This document shows positions 12,772 to 21,729 of a DNA stretch of 64,000 bases, in pieces. Origin of the DNA: Treponema denticola (GTDB lineage Bacteria > Spirochaetota > Spirochaetia > Treponematales > Breznakiellaceae). Numbering within the stretch: the stretch's first letter is position 1; each line of letters starts with the position of its first letter. The translations under genes were made by a program, and so were the position numbers. The stretch is taken from assembly GCA_020719845.1 (NCBI GenBank), contig DYPP01000003.1, forward strand, positions 46,810-110,809, in the 5' to 3' direction. The notes under the pieces were generated by a model that saw nothing but the letters and a program-made list of their open reading frames with translations, was not told where the DNA came from and searched no databases.

Positions 12772-13481
12772 TTGCCCAGGTGGAACAGCTTTTTGAACCC
12801 TTCAAACAGGATCCGGTTTTCCCGCTCTTTTGTTTCCTTGCCGGTAAAAGCTTCCAACGCTTCATTGGTGCCCGAAACCAGGCCGATATCCCCCGCCCGG
12901 AAACGGTAATCGGGCAAAAACAAGCCGTATTCTTCGGTGTTGTTTTTTACCGAAATCAGATTGAGCGCGTATTTGCGCCTGAATTCCGTCTCCATGACCG
13001 TCTGTCCCCAAAAACGGTCGGGAATTTCGATTTCGGCGATGACCAGTTTACCGCTCACGGGTAAATAGTTGAGCACCACCGAAGAAAAAAGGAGCGGCGC
13101 GATCCGTTTGGCCGCTTCCCGGTTGGGAAACACCACCTTGGTCGCGCCGACAAGTTCCAGAATCTCCGCGTGGGCTTCGGTTTCGGCCTTGACGATGATG
13201 GTTTTCAATTCCCTTTTATGACAGTAGCTGGTAGCCAGAATCGAGGCTTCAATCTTGTCGCCCAGATCGATGATCGCCGCGTCGATGCTCTCGGGCAGAG
13301 CCTTGTTGAGGCTGTCGCCGTTGAGCACGTCCAGGACGATGGCCGAGGCGGACGAATCTTTGTACATGTCGATCACGTCCCGGTCCTTGTCGATGATGAG
13401 CACTTCGACGTTCAGCTGCAGCAGTTCTTCCAGCATGCTCTTTCCGAAATAACTCAACCCCAAAATAGCTACTTGTTTCAT
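12768..13481 (-). CDS. TrkA/KtrA-family potassium uptake regulatory subunit (RCK N + C domains)
   Basis: 237 aa with a Rossmann N-terminus (VAILGLSYFGKSMLEELL) and a TrkA-C-like C-terminus. Confidence 0.85.
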   Translation of the reverse strand: MKQVAILGLSYFGKSMLEELLQLNVEVLIIDKDRDVIDMYKDSSASAIVLDVLNGDSLNKALPESIDAAIIDLGDKIEASILATSYCHKRELKTIIVKAETEAHAEILELVGATKVVFPNREAAKRIAPLLFSSVVLNYLPVSGKLVIAEIEIPDRFWGQTVMETEFRRKYALNLISVKNNTEEYGLFLPDYRFRAGDIGLVSGTNEALEAFTGKETKERENRILFEGFKKLFHLGK

Positions 13482-13484
13482 GGT

Positions 13485-14858
13485 TTACCCCAGTAGAATT
13501 TTTCCTTCCGGAAAGCTGATGTCGCGATGATCATTTTTGCCGCCCGGAAAAGCCAGCGCGATAAGCCCCACCCGGCCGGCGAACATGGTGGCGATTATAA
13601 CCATCTTGCCCGCCACGCTTAAGGATGCCGTCAGACCCAGCGAAAGGCCGACGGTCCCGAAAGCGGAAACCGTTTCAAAAGCGATGGAGCTGAAATCGGC
13701 GCCCCGCAGGCCTTCCATCAGGCTCAAAGCCAGCACCGAGGTCAGCAGCAACGCCAGGGCTTTGATGAAATAGACCGTGCCGTCGTTGATGGTTCGGGCG
13801 GTAAGCCGGTGCCGGGACAGCGTAATGTCGCCGTTTCGGTCGGGACGGCGGAGCATGGACAACACCACGATAAAAGCGGTGGTGACTTTGATCCCGCCGG
13901 CGATGGATCCCGGGGCGCCGCCGATCAGCATCAGCAGCATGGTCAAGAATTTGGAAGGTTGGCTCAACATTTCCTGCGGCATCGCATCGAATCCGGCGGT
14001 ACGGGGAGATATGGACTGGAAAAAGGCGTTGATCCCGGCGGTCGCCAAGTCCATCTCCCGATACAGCCCCGTCCGTTCGATCAAAAAGAAAACGCCCGCC
14101 CCCCCGACGATGAGCAAGCCCGTCATGAACAGGACTACCCGGCTATGGTAGCTCAGACGATGCTTCCTTTGCCGGGTCCATCGATACAAGTCCTGCAGGA
14201 CGATGAATCCCAGCCCTCCGCTGACGATCAGAACCATAAGGGTCGCCAGAATCGGAACGTTGCCGGAAAAAGCGCGCATGTTGGTAGAAAAAATCGAAAA
14301 ACCGGCGTTGCAAAAGGCGGATACCGAATGGAACAAGCCCGCAAAGACCCAACCCCCGACGCCGGCTGCCCTGAAAGACAAAGCCAGAGCGATAGCCCCC
14401 AGGACTTCGATGGCCAGCGTAAAGAAAACGATATTCCGTACAATATGCACCGGCTTGTATTCTACCCCGTCCACGTAGAAGCTCTGGATGGTGCCCAGCC
14501 GCCGGAGGGGCAGACGACGGCCCGGAATAGTCAACAGGATGGAAGTAAAACTGATGATTCCCAATCCGCCGATCTGGATCAGCGCCAGGATGATGATCTG
14601 CCCAAGGCGACTGTACCCGGCGGTGTCCACCGTGATCAATCCGGTGACGCAGACTGCGGAAGTGGCGGTGAATACCGCGTCGATCGGCTGGAGCGCCCCC
14701 GGCGCATCCGGCGTCCCCCGCCATACGCCCGGCACCAGCAGCAGAAGCGATCCGATAAAAATGACGGTGGCAAAAAACGAAAGCAGGTAAAACGCATCGG
14801 ACCGCATGAACACGCGCATGATGATCCTTACCATACCCCTAAGCGTCGCGCTGATCAA
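13485..14858 (-). CDS. TrkH/KtrB-family potassium transporter
   Basis: 457 aa and polytopic, with repeated pore-loop-like segments (SAVCVTGL, SAFCNAGF, SPRTAGF, SAFGTVGLS). The TTG at 14858 overlaps the upstream stop. The ATG at 14819, preceded by TAAGGA, is an alternative start. Confidence 0.85.
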   Translation of the reverse strand: MISATLRGMVRIIMRVFMRSDAFYLLSFFATVIFIGSLLLLVPGVWRGTPDAPGALQPIDAVFTATSAVCVTGLITVDTAGYSRLGQIIILALIQIGGLGIISFTSILLTIPGRRLPLRRLGTIQSFYVDGVEYKPVHIVRNIVFFTLAIEVLGAIALALSFRAAGVGGWVFAGLFHSVSAFCNAGFSIFSTNMRAFSGNVPILATLMVLIVSGGLGFIVLQDLYRWTRQRKHRLSYHSRVVLFMTGLLIVGGAGVFFLIERTGLYREMDLATAGINAFFQSISPRTAGFDAMPQEMLSQPSKFLTMLLMLIGGAPGSIAGGIKVTTAFIVVLSMLRRPDRNGDITLSRHRLTARTINDGTVYFIKALALLLTSVLALSLMEGLRGADFSSIAFETVSAFGTVGLSLGLTASLSVAGKMVIIATMFAGRVGLIALAFPGGKNDHRDISFPEGKILLG

Positions 14859-16396
14859 GCGCCGCGGATACCCAGCTTGAGCATCCGGCTCTGCAGGGTG
14901 GTCGGTTTAATCTTCAACAGCGCCGCCGCGCCTTTAGGGCCGTAAATTTTGCCGCCGCAGCGTTCCAGAACCTGCGTTATATGCGTACGTTGGACTTCCT
15001 CCAGCGACAGGGGAACGTGATCCGCCCCGTGCGGCGCCGCAGGCGGCTCATGTTCCGGGGCTTGCGGTTCATTCTCCGAGACGCAGGCGGTCATTCCCGG
15101 GAAAACGTGGTCTTCTTCTATCAAACCACCCCGTGAAAGTATGGCCGCCCGCTCAATGACGTTGCGGAGTTCCCGGACATTGCCCCGCCAGGGCAGAGCT
15201 ATTATTTTGATCACCGCAGACTTGGAAAGCGCGGTGTTTTCAAAGCCCGGCCGTTTACGGATCAGGGACACAAAGTATTCCGCCAACAGGGCCGCGTCCT
15301 CGCCCCGGTCCCGCAGGGGGGGCAAGAAAATGGGGAACACGTTCAACCGGTACAGCAGATCTTCCCGGAACTTGCCTTCCCGTACGGCCCGCTCCAGGTT
15401 GATGTTCGTCGCGGCGATGATGCGCACGTCCACGGTCAAGGATTTTTCACCCCCCACCCGTTCAAACACGCCGTCCTGCAGCACCCGCAGCAATTTCGGC
15501 TGCAGTTCCACCGGCAGGTCGCCGACTTCATCCAGAAATAGGGTGCCGCCGTCGGCCATCTCGAAGCGGCCGCGTCTGGTCCCGACGGCGCCGGAAAAGG
15601 AACCCTTCTCATGGCCGAACAGTTCGCTTTCCGCCAGGCTCGGCACCAGCGCCGAGCAGTTTACGGCCACGAACGCCTCGGCAGCGCGCTCCGAAAGCTG
15701 GTGCAGCTTCCGCGCGACCTGTTCCTTGCCCGTACCGGTCTCCCCGAGCAGCAAGACCGGCACGCTGGAAACCGCCACCAGCCGCAGGGCTTCCAGTACC
15801 CGTTCCCAGGACGATGAAACGCCGATCAGGTCATTGAACACCCCGGCGGCCTCGCCGATCAGACGATTCCGCTCCTGGATCAATTTGCGGGTCCGGTTCA
15901 TCAACTGGGTGGAGGTTTCGGACTGATCCATGGTCACGGAGATCAATTTGGAAATGGTGGCCACAAAGCGGACCACCGCGGGGGTAAACTTGTCGCACAC
16001 CCGGTGGTCGAAGGTCAGCAGCCCGATGGACTTGTCGCCCACAAACAGGGGCGAAACCAGACAGGAATGCCCCTCCGGCAGGTCCAGCACTTCGTAGTAC
16101 GTGTCCACGTGGGGTTCGTTTTCATCAAAAAGGTGCGGTTCCCGACGCAGCATGATGCCCGCCAGGTCTTGCCGCTTTTCCAGAGAGATGGCAAAATTAT
16201 CCAGTTTCCGGGTGTAGAGGGGCCCCACGGCTTTACTGACCCGCAACCAGTCGGTACCCTCCAGACGAAGCACGACGGCCAATTCATAATCGATCAGCTC
16301 CCGGAGCGCGTCCAGGATGATTTCCATCGTGCGTTCCGGCGGAAGCGGCACCGGCAGGGAATCCGACAGTACCGATAGTTCGTTGTGTACCGACAT
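14855..16396 (-). CDS. sigma-54-dependent transcriptional activator (GAF sensor + AAA+ + Fis-type HTH)
   Basis: 513 aa. It has a Walker A (GETGTGKE), a GAFTGA-loop variant (ESELFGHEKGSFSGA), GTLFLDEVGDL, and a C-terminal HTH (AAALLKIKPTTLQSRMLKLGI). The N-terminal 160 aa are GAF-like. Confidence 0.9.
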   Translation of the reverse strand: MSVHNELSVLSDSLPVPLPPERTMEIILDALRELIDYELAVVLRLEGTDWLRVSKAVGPLYTRKLDNFAISLEKRQDLAGIMLRREPHLFDENEPHVDTYYEVLDLPEGHSCLVSPLFVGDKSIGLLTFDHRVCDKFTPAVVRFVATISKLISVTMDQSETSTQLMNRTRKLIQERNRLIGEAAGVFNDLIGVSSSWERVLEALRLVAVSSVPVLLLGETGTGKEQVARKLHQLSERAAEAFVAVNCSALVPSLAESELFGHEKGSFSGAVGTRRGRFEMADGGTLFLDEVGDLPVELQPKLLRVLQDGVFERVGGEKSLTVDVRIIAATNINLERAVREGKFREDLLYRLNVFPIFLPPLRDRGEDAALLAEYFVSLIRKRPGFENTALSKSAVIKIIALPWRGNVRELRNVIERAAILSRGGLIEEDHVFPGMTACVSENEPQAPEHEPPAAPHGADHVPLSLEEVQRTHITQVLERCGGKIYGPKGAAALLKIKPTTLQSRMLKLGIRGA

Positions 16397-16423
16397 ATCG
16401 GTAGCTTACACCGAAATGTCGGT
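16371..16423. promoter_or_regulatory. tandem inverted repeats ACCGA-N4-TCGGT (candidate EBP binding sites / UAS)
   Basis: TACCGAcataTCGGTA lies at 16388-16403 and cACCGAaatgTCGGTa at 16409-16424, with the ACCGA...TCGGT cores at 16389-16402 and 16410-16423, 21 bp centre to centre. A weaker copy ACCGAtagtTCGtT lies at 16371-16384. The repeats overlap the EBP start codon (16396-16394). Confidence 0.4.
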
Positions 16424-16682
16424 ATGTTTCAATCAAAATTATATTTATTATTTGTCACCCGGACTTTTCCCACCCGTGAATTCCACGATTTTCTAAATTC
16501 CAGGTTGGTTTAAATACCCAAGGGATTCCGCCGTCCTGCCCATATTTGCGGTTCACCAACACACAACTTTATATGATATATAAATATATGAACAAAATGA
16601 AGAAAATCATCCTACGTATCTTGCCGGCGATCAATTATCGATAGACCAGAATAATTCTATATTTTTACTTTTTTCGGGCATT

Positions 16683-16698
16683 TGGCATGCTTAATGCT
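16683..16698 (+). promoter_or_regulatory. sigma-54 (-24/-12) promoter candidate for the peroxiredoxin gene
   Basis: TGGCATGCTTAATGCT compares with the consensus TGGCAC-N5-TTGCW. The GG/GC spacing is exact and there are 2 mismatches. It lies 35 nt upstream of ATG 16733. Confidence 0.55.
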
Positions 16699-16732
16699 AA
16701 TAGATATATATCTTACCTTCAAGGAGTTTCAG

Positions 16733-17380
16733 ATGGAACAACAGACTTTCAACATGCCCCTGCTCGGGGACGATTTTCCGGAGCTCACCCTGCAGACCAC
16801 CCACGGCGTTCTCAGCCTTCCCAAAGACATGAAGGGTAGCTGGTACGTTCTTTTCAGCCACCCCGCGGATTTTACTCCCGTATGCACCACGGAATTCATT
16901 GAATTCCAACGGCTGGTGCCCGAGTTCGACAAGCTCGGCGTCAAATTGGTCGGCATGTCGGTAGACCAGATCTTCAGCCACATCAAGTGGGTGCAGTGGA
17001 TCAAGGACGTGATGAAGGTGGATATCAGCTTTCCCATCGCCGCGGCCAACGACGCCATCGCCGCCCGGCTGGGCATGCTTCATCCCGGCAAGGGCACCAA
17101 TACGGTGCGGGCGGTCTTTGTGATCGACCCCAACGGTAAAGTGCGCCTGGTCATGTACTATCCCCAGGAAATCGGCCGCAACATGGAAGAACTGGTACGG
17201 GCGATCCATGCCTTGCAGGTTACCGACAAGAACGGCGTCGCCGCGCCCGCCGCCTGGCCCAAGAACGCCATCATCGGGGATCACGTCATCATCCCGCCGG
17301 CCAAGACCATGGCCGAAGCCGCGGAGCGACTCAAGAAATACGAGGGTTTCGACTGGTGGTTCTGCCATAAAGCGCTGTAA
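16733..17380 (+). CDS. peroxiredoxin (Prx6-like 1-Cys type)
   Basis: From ORF 16682..17380. The start is set at ATG 16733, which has AAGGAG at 16721-16726. The active site reads FSHPADFTPVCTTEF. Confidence 0.9.
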   Translation: MEQQTFNMPLLGDDFPELTLQTTHGVLSLPKDMKGSWYVLFSHPADFTPVCTTEFIEFQRLVPEFDKLGVKLVGMSVDQIFSHIKWVQWIKDVMKVDISFPIAAANDAIAARLGMLHPGKGTNTVRAVFVIDPNGKVRLVMYYPQEIGRNMEELVRAIHALQVTDKNGVAAPAAWPKNAIIGDHVIIPPAKTMAEAAERLKKYEGFDWWFCHKAL

Positions 17381-17409
17381 TCCCGCCTAATCCGGCATCT
17401 TGCATCCTG

Positions 17410-17445
17410 CCCCTCTATCCGGCATTATCGGGTAGAGGGGTTTTT
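17410..17445 (+). terminator. rho-independent terminator after the peroxiredoxin gene
   Basis: The stem is CCCCTCTA (17410-17417) / TAGAGGGG (17433-17440), followed by TTTTT (17441-17445). Confidence 0.7.
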
Positions 17446-17446
17446 C

Positions 17447-18427
17447 ATGAAAGAAATCGAACAGGTATTGATCGTCGGCGCCGGCGCGGTGGGCACGGCC
17501 ATCGCCTCGATCATCCATGACGCGGCCCCCGGCCGCGTTTCCGTCCTGGCCGACGGGGAACGGTTTGAACGCTATGACCGGGACGGCTTTCTGGTCAACG
17601 GCAAACAGTACCGTTTTCCGGTCGTCACGCCCAGCCCCGCCCCGACGGCGACGCCCACCGGTCCGCACGGTCTTTTCGACCTGATCATCGTCGCGGTAAA
17701 GCACCATCATCTTCCCGAAGCCATCGCCCAGATGCGCGGCCACGTGGGTCCGGAAACGAGCATTCTTTCCCTGCTCAACGGCATCAGCAGCGAAGGAATC
17801 CTGGGCGCCGCCTTTGGAAGCGGCCCCGGGGCCGCCCCGGGGGCAACCTTGCCGCCCTACGCCATGATCATCGGCATCGACGCGGTGCGGCTGGGGAACG
17901 ACACCCGCTTTGTTTCCGCAGGTAAAATCAACTTTGGGGAAGAACGCAACCCTCCGGGCGGCTGGAGCCTGCGGGTATCACGGATAGCCCGCTTCTTTGA
18001 CCGCTGCGGCGTCAATTACCACGTCCCGGAAAACATGATCCGCGCCCTCTGGTTCAAATTCATGATCAACGTGGGCATCAACCAGGCCTCGGCGGTATTG
18101 CGCGCCCCCTACGGCGTCTTTCAGACCCACCCGGAAGCCATGGCCGCCATGGAAGCCCCCATGCGGGAAGTCATCGCCCTGTCCCGGGCCCTGGGCATCG
18201 GCCTGGACGAATCCGACCTTCGGGCTTGGGAAGATACGCTGTCCAAGCTGCACCCGGACAACATAACCTCCATGTGCCAGGACGTGCTGGCCGGCCGCAA
18301 GACGGAGGTGGAAATGTTCGCCGGCGCCATGATGGAGCTGGGCAAGAAGCACGGCGTCCCAACGCCGGCCAACGAACTCTACTTCAACATCATCCGGGCC
18401 ATCGAGGGCAGCTATAAGGCGGAGTGA
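17447..18427 (+). CDS. 2-dehydropantoate 2-reductase (ketopantoate reductase, PanE/ApbA family)
   Basis: 326 aa with an N-terminal Rossmann motif (VLIVGAGAVGTAIA) and an ApbA C-terminal domain pattern (SMCQDVLAGRKTEVE). Confidence 0.75.
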   Translation: MKEIEQVLIVGAGAVGTAIASIIHDAAPGRVSVLADGERFERYDRDGFLVNGKQYRFPVVTPSPAPTATPTGPHGLFDLIIVAVKHHHLPEAIAQMRGHVGPETSILSLLNGISSEGILGAAFGSGPGAAPGATLPPYAMIIGIDAVRLGNDTRFVSAGKINFGEERNPPGGWSLRVSRIARFFDRCGVNYHVPENMIRALWFKFMINVGINQASAVLRAPYGVFQTHPEAMAAMEAPMREVIALSRALGIGLDESDLRAWEDTLSKLHPDNITSMCQDVLAGRKTEVEMFAGAMMELGKKHGVPTPANELYFNIIRAIEGSYKAE

Positions 18428-18460
18428 ACCGCCGGTCAGGGCAGCGGCGCAGAAAAACGG

Positions 18461-19273
18461 CTAACCCTTGACCGCCCCCATCGTAAGCCCCCGGACCACG
18501 TATTTCTGGAACACCATGGTCAGGGCGATGGCCGGAGCGATGATGACCACCGTCGCCGCCATGACGGCGCCCCAGTCCACTTCGGCGTAGGAGACAAAAT
18601 TGTACACCGCGATGGGCAGCGTTTTGGTGCGTTCCATGCTGAGCACCTGGGAGAACATGAAGTTGTTCCAGGAAAACAGGAACGCCAGGGTGGTCGACGT
18701 AACGATGCCCGGACCGGACAGGGGCAGCACGATCTCCATGAAGGTGCGCTGCCGCGTAGCCCCATCGACCCGGGCGGATTCCTCAATCTCCAGCGGAACG
18801 GTGGCAAAAAAGCTGCTCATGATCCAGACGACGATGGGCAAGCCGATCAGCATGTGGCTCAATATCAGGGACGTATACGTGTCCACCAGGGATAATCGCG
18901 AAAAGATGAGGTACCAGGGCAACAAAAGCGCGATGCCCGGCATGAGTCGGGCCACCAGAATCAGCAATCCCAGTTTTTCCTGCTTGTAGCGGGCAATGGA
19001 ATACGCCGCGGGCAACCCCAGCACGAGGGAGAGCGCCACCGCGCTGATGCCGACGACGGTGGAATTATAAAAGAACCGCAGAAAATTCTGTTCCTGAAAG
19101 ACCTTGCGGTAACTCTGCAGCGTGGGGGTAAAAACCCACTTGGGCGGCATGGCCGTTATATCCACCTGGGTTTTTATCGAAGACGTAAAAATCCAGTACA
19201 GGGGAAACAGGACGGTCAGCATCACCGAAAGAACCAGAAGCAGAAACCCCAGCCTGAAAAAAAGTTTGCGCAT
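18461..19273 (-). CDS. carbohydrate ABC transporter permease (MalG-like)
   Basis: From ORF 18461..19282. I prefer the ATG at 19273, which has AGGTGG 5 nt upstream. An EAA-loop-like segment reads EESARVDGATRQRTFMEIVLP. Confidence 0.85.
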   Translation of the reverse strand: MRKLFFRLGFLLLVLSVMLTVLFPLYWIFTSSIKTQVDITAMPPKWVFTPTLQSYRKVFQEQNFLRFFYNSTVVGISAVALSLVLGLPAAYSIARYKQEKLGLLILVARLMPGIALLLPWYLIFSRLSLVDTYTSLILSHMLIGLPIVVWIMSSFFATVPLEIEESARVDGATRQRTFMEIVLPLSGPGIVTSTTLAFLFSWNNFMFSQVLSMERTKTLPIAVYNFVSYAEVDWGAVMAATVVIIAPAIALTMVFQKYVVRGLTMGAVKG

Positions 19274-19282
19274 ACCCGCCAC

Positions 19283-20161
19283 CTATTCTTCCAACTTCCG
19301 GCGGAGCCGGGTAACAAAAAAACTCAAGCCCAGCACGACGGTGAACAGGAAGAAAAGCACCACCGACGCGTGCCCCAGCCTGAAGTAACTGAACGAAAGG
19401 TTGTAGGCGTAGATATTGAGGGTTTCCGACGCAAAGCCCGGCCCCCCATTGGTCATGGCGTAAATAATGTCGTAGGTCTTGAGGGCGTCGATGGAACGCA
19501 GCACCACCGCGGTCAGGATCACCGGCGAAACCATGGGCAGCGTGATCCGGTTGAAGATCTGAACCGCGCCGGCGCCGTCGACCCGGGCGGATTCGAAGGG
19601 TTCCGGCGAGAGACCCGCCAGGCCGGCCAGCAGAATCAAGGCCATCATCGGGGTCCACTGCCAGACGTCCACCAGCACCAGGGAGGGAATGACCATGTTT
19701 TTATCGGCTATCCATTTCAGGGGCTCCAGTCCCGCCAGCCTGAGGGACCAGTTGGCAAGTCCGATGGTCGGTTCATAAAAGAGGGTCCAGGCGATGCCGA
19801 TGGCCACGGGAGTCGAAACCATGGGCAGCAAAAGGCTGAGCTTGACCAAGCCCTTGCCGAAAAATTCACGGTTGAGGATCAAGGCCCAAACCATGCCAAG
19901 AACGGTTTCAACCGCCACGGCCAGGGCGGTAAAATAGAAGGTCCGCCCCAGGGCGTTCCAAAAACGGGGCTCCTGCAGCACGGACCAGTAGGTCTTGAAA
20001 CCCACAAAACGCGCGGGCATGCCGGAAGTCAGGTTCCAATTGCTGAAACTGATGGACAAGGTATAAAAAACGGGAAAAATCATCATGACGGCGACGAACA
20101 GGACGGCCGGAAGGGGAAACAGAACTTTAACGTGGCGATCTACAAATTGACTGTCCAGCAT
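19283..20161 (-). CDS. carbohydrate ABC transporter permease (MalF-like)
   Basis: From ORF 19283..20203. I prefer the ATG at 20161, which has AGGAGG 5 nt upstream. The EAA loop reads ESARVDGAGAVQIFNRITLP. Confidence 0.85.
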   Translation of the reverse strand: MLDSQFVDRHVKVLFPLPAVLFVAVMMIFPVFYTLSISFSNWNLTSGMPARFVGFKTYWSVLQEPRFWNALGRTFYFTALAVAVETVLGMVWALILNREFFGKGLVKLSLLLPMVSTPVAIGIAWTLFYEPTIGLANWSLRLAGLEPLKWIADKNMVIPSLVLVDVWQWTPMMALILLAGLAGLSPEPFESARVDGAGAVQIFNRITLPMVSPVILTAVVLRSIDALKTYDIIYAMTNGGPGFASETLNIYAYNLSFSYFRLGHASVVLFFLFTVVLGLSFFVTRLRRKLEE

Positions 20162-20237
20162 CCGAGCCTCCTGCCGCAAAAAGCGGGGCCGCCCGAGGTA
20201 CACCCCGGGTTGCCCCGATGAGCGCGAATACTTTGTA

Positions 20238-21581
20238 TTATTTACCCAATTCGCCGGCGGCGTCCAGCAGTTCGTTCACTTTTTTGGCTGCGGCTTTGGC
20301 GGCGCCGGCGATATCGCCGCTGCCGCCGGTCTCGATGGCCAGCACGATGACGTCGCCGATGGCGTCCCGGGCTTCGCCCACGGCGGTCATGACCGGGCGA
20401 TCATAGGGAGTACCGATGGGGCCGATCTTGACCGCAGTGGCCGCCAGCTGCTTGTCGAATTTGGCCTGCACCGACGCGTCGCTCCACACCGAGTTCCGGG
20501 CCATGGTGATGCCTTTTTCCACCATGGCCTTGGTGGCCATTTCCTTGCTGGTGGCCCAGAGCAGGAAGTCGTAAGCCTGGTCCTTGTTCTTGGATTGGTT
20601 GGACAGGGCCATAGCCCAGGAAATGGCGATATAGGGGGAGTTGCCTTTAGGACCGGCCGGCAACATTGCGACGCCGACCTTGTCGGAAACCTGCGACTTG
20701 GCCGGATCGGTCAGGTTGCCCAGGAATACGCTGGCGTCGGTCCACATGGCCACCTTCCCGGACTGGAAGAGCGCCTGGCCCTGGGCCCAGCTCATGTTGG
20801 TGACCCCGGGCGGACCGTATTCTTTCAGCATCATGCCGTAGTACTTGAAGGCTTCCACCGCGGCGGGAGCGTCGATGACCGCCTTGCCGTCGGCCAGGAA
20901 ATCGCCGCCGTTGTTGTAGAGATACGTGGAGAACTGGGTAACCGCCGCGCCGCGCTGGCCCCGGGAGACGATGCCGTACACCCCGTTGGCGGGATCGTTC
21001 AACTTCTTGGCCGCCGCGAGCAGTTCATTGAAATCAGCCGGCGGCTTGAGTCCCGCTTTGGCAAAAAGGTCGGTTCGATAGTAGAGCACGTGCCATTCGG
21101 TAACCAGCGGGAAAGAATAGACGTCGTTGTTGTAGGTCACCGCGTTTACCGAACTCTTGGAGTAGTCGGCAAAGTCATAGCTCGCCTTGGTCTTGCCTGA
21201 ATCCTTGAGGGTCGGACTCAGATTGGCGAACCACTTGTTGCGGAAGAACATTTTGCCTTCCTGCAGCGGGCGGGTCATGAAAACGTCCACCGTGGATGAG
21301 TTGGTGGCGAATTCGGTGGTCAGCTTCTGGGTCAGCTGGTTTTCGTCATAGCTTTCGACGATTACTTTTACCCCGGTAGCCTTTTCATATTCCGGGATCA
21401 TCGGTTTGAGAACTTCCGCGTAGGGGTGATTGGCCAGCAGAACCCGCAAGGTTTTGGGCGCCGCCGGAGCTTCGGCTGGCTTGGTTGCCGATTCCGCGGC
21501 TCCCGTGTCCTTGCCGCCGCTCGCGTAGACCCCGGCGATCAACACGCCGGTCATAAGCGCCAGAAACAGTTTCCTTTTCAT
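20238..21581 (-). CDS. extracellular sugar-binding protein of ABC transporter
   Basis: 447 aa with a signal peptide (MKRKLFLALMTGVLIAGVYASG) and AGGAGG upstream. It has a family-1 solute-binding-protein look. Confidence 0.8.
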   Translation of the reverse strand: MKRKLFLALMTGVLIAGVYASGGKDTGAAESATKPAEAPAAPKTLRVLLANHPYAEVLKPMIPEYEKATGVKVIVESYDENQLTQKLTTEFATNSSTVDVFMTRPLQEGKMFFRNKWFANLSPTLKDSGKTKASYDFADYSKSSVNAVTYNNDVYSFPLVTEWHVLYYRTDLFAKAGLKPPADFNELLAAAKKLNDPANGVYGIVSRGQRGAAVTQFSTYLYNNGGDFLADGKAVIDAPAAVEAFKYYGMMLKEYGPPGVTNMSWAQGQALFQSGKVAMWTDASVFLGNLTDPAKSQVSDKVGVAMLPAGPKGNSPYIAISWAMALSNQSKNKDQAYDFLLWATSKEMATKAMVEKGITMARNSVWSDASVQAKFDKQLAATAVKIGPIGTPYDRPVMTAVGEARDAIGDVIVLAIETGGSGDIAGAAKAAAKKVNELLDAAGELGK

Positions 21582-21729
21582 AGTTCCTCCTAAAGAACGT
21601 GATGAACATGGATCGGGCTCAGCCCGCAGCCTATTATTGCGCTGATATCCTGAGCGGTCAAGCCGGGAAAGAAAACTATTTTTCTTGAAAGAAATATTAT
21701 TTCATGATACCCTCCGGTAGGAGACACCC

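Noticed and set aside
16588-16644. An 18-codon ORF (MNKMKKIILRILPAINYR) in the AT-rich EBP/prx intergenic region.
   Set aside because: It has no Shine-Dalgarno, lies in AT-rich DNA where short ORFs arise by chance, and I cannot assess conservation. Ribosome profiling could revisit it.
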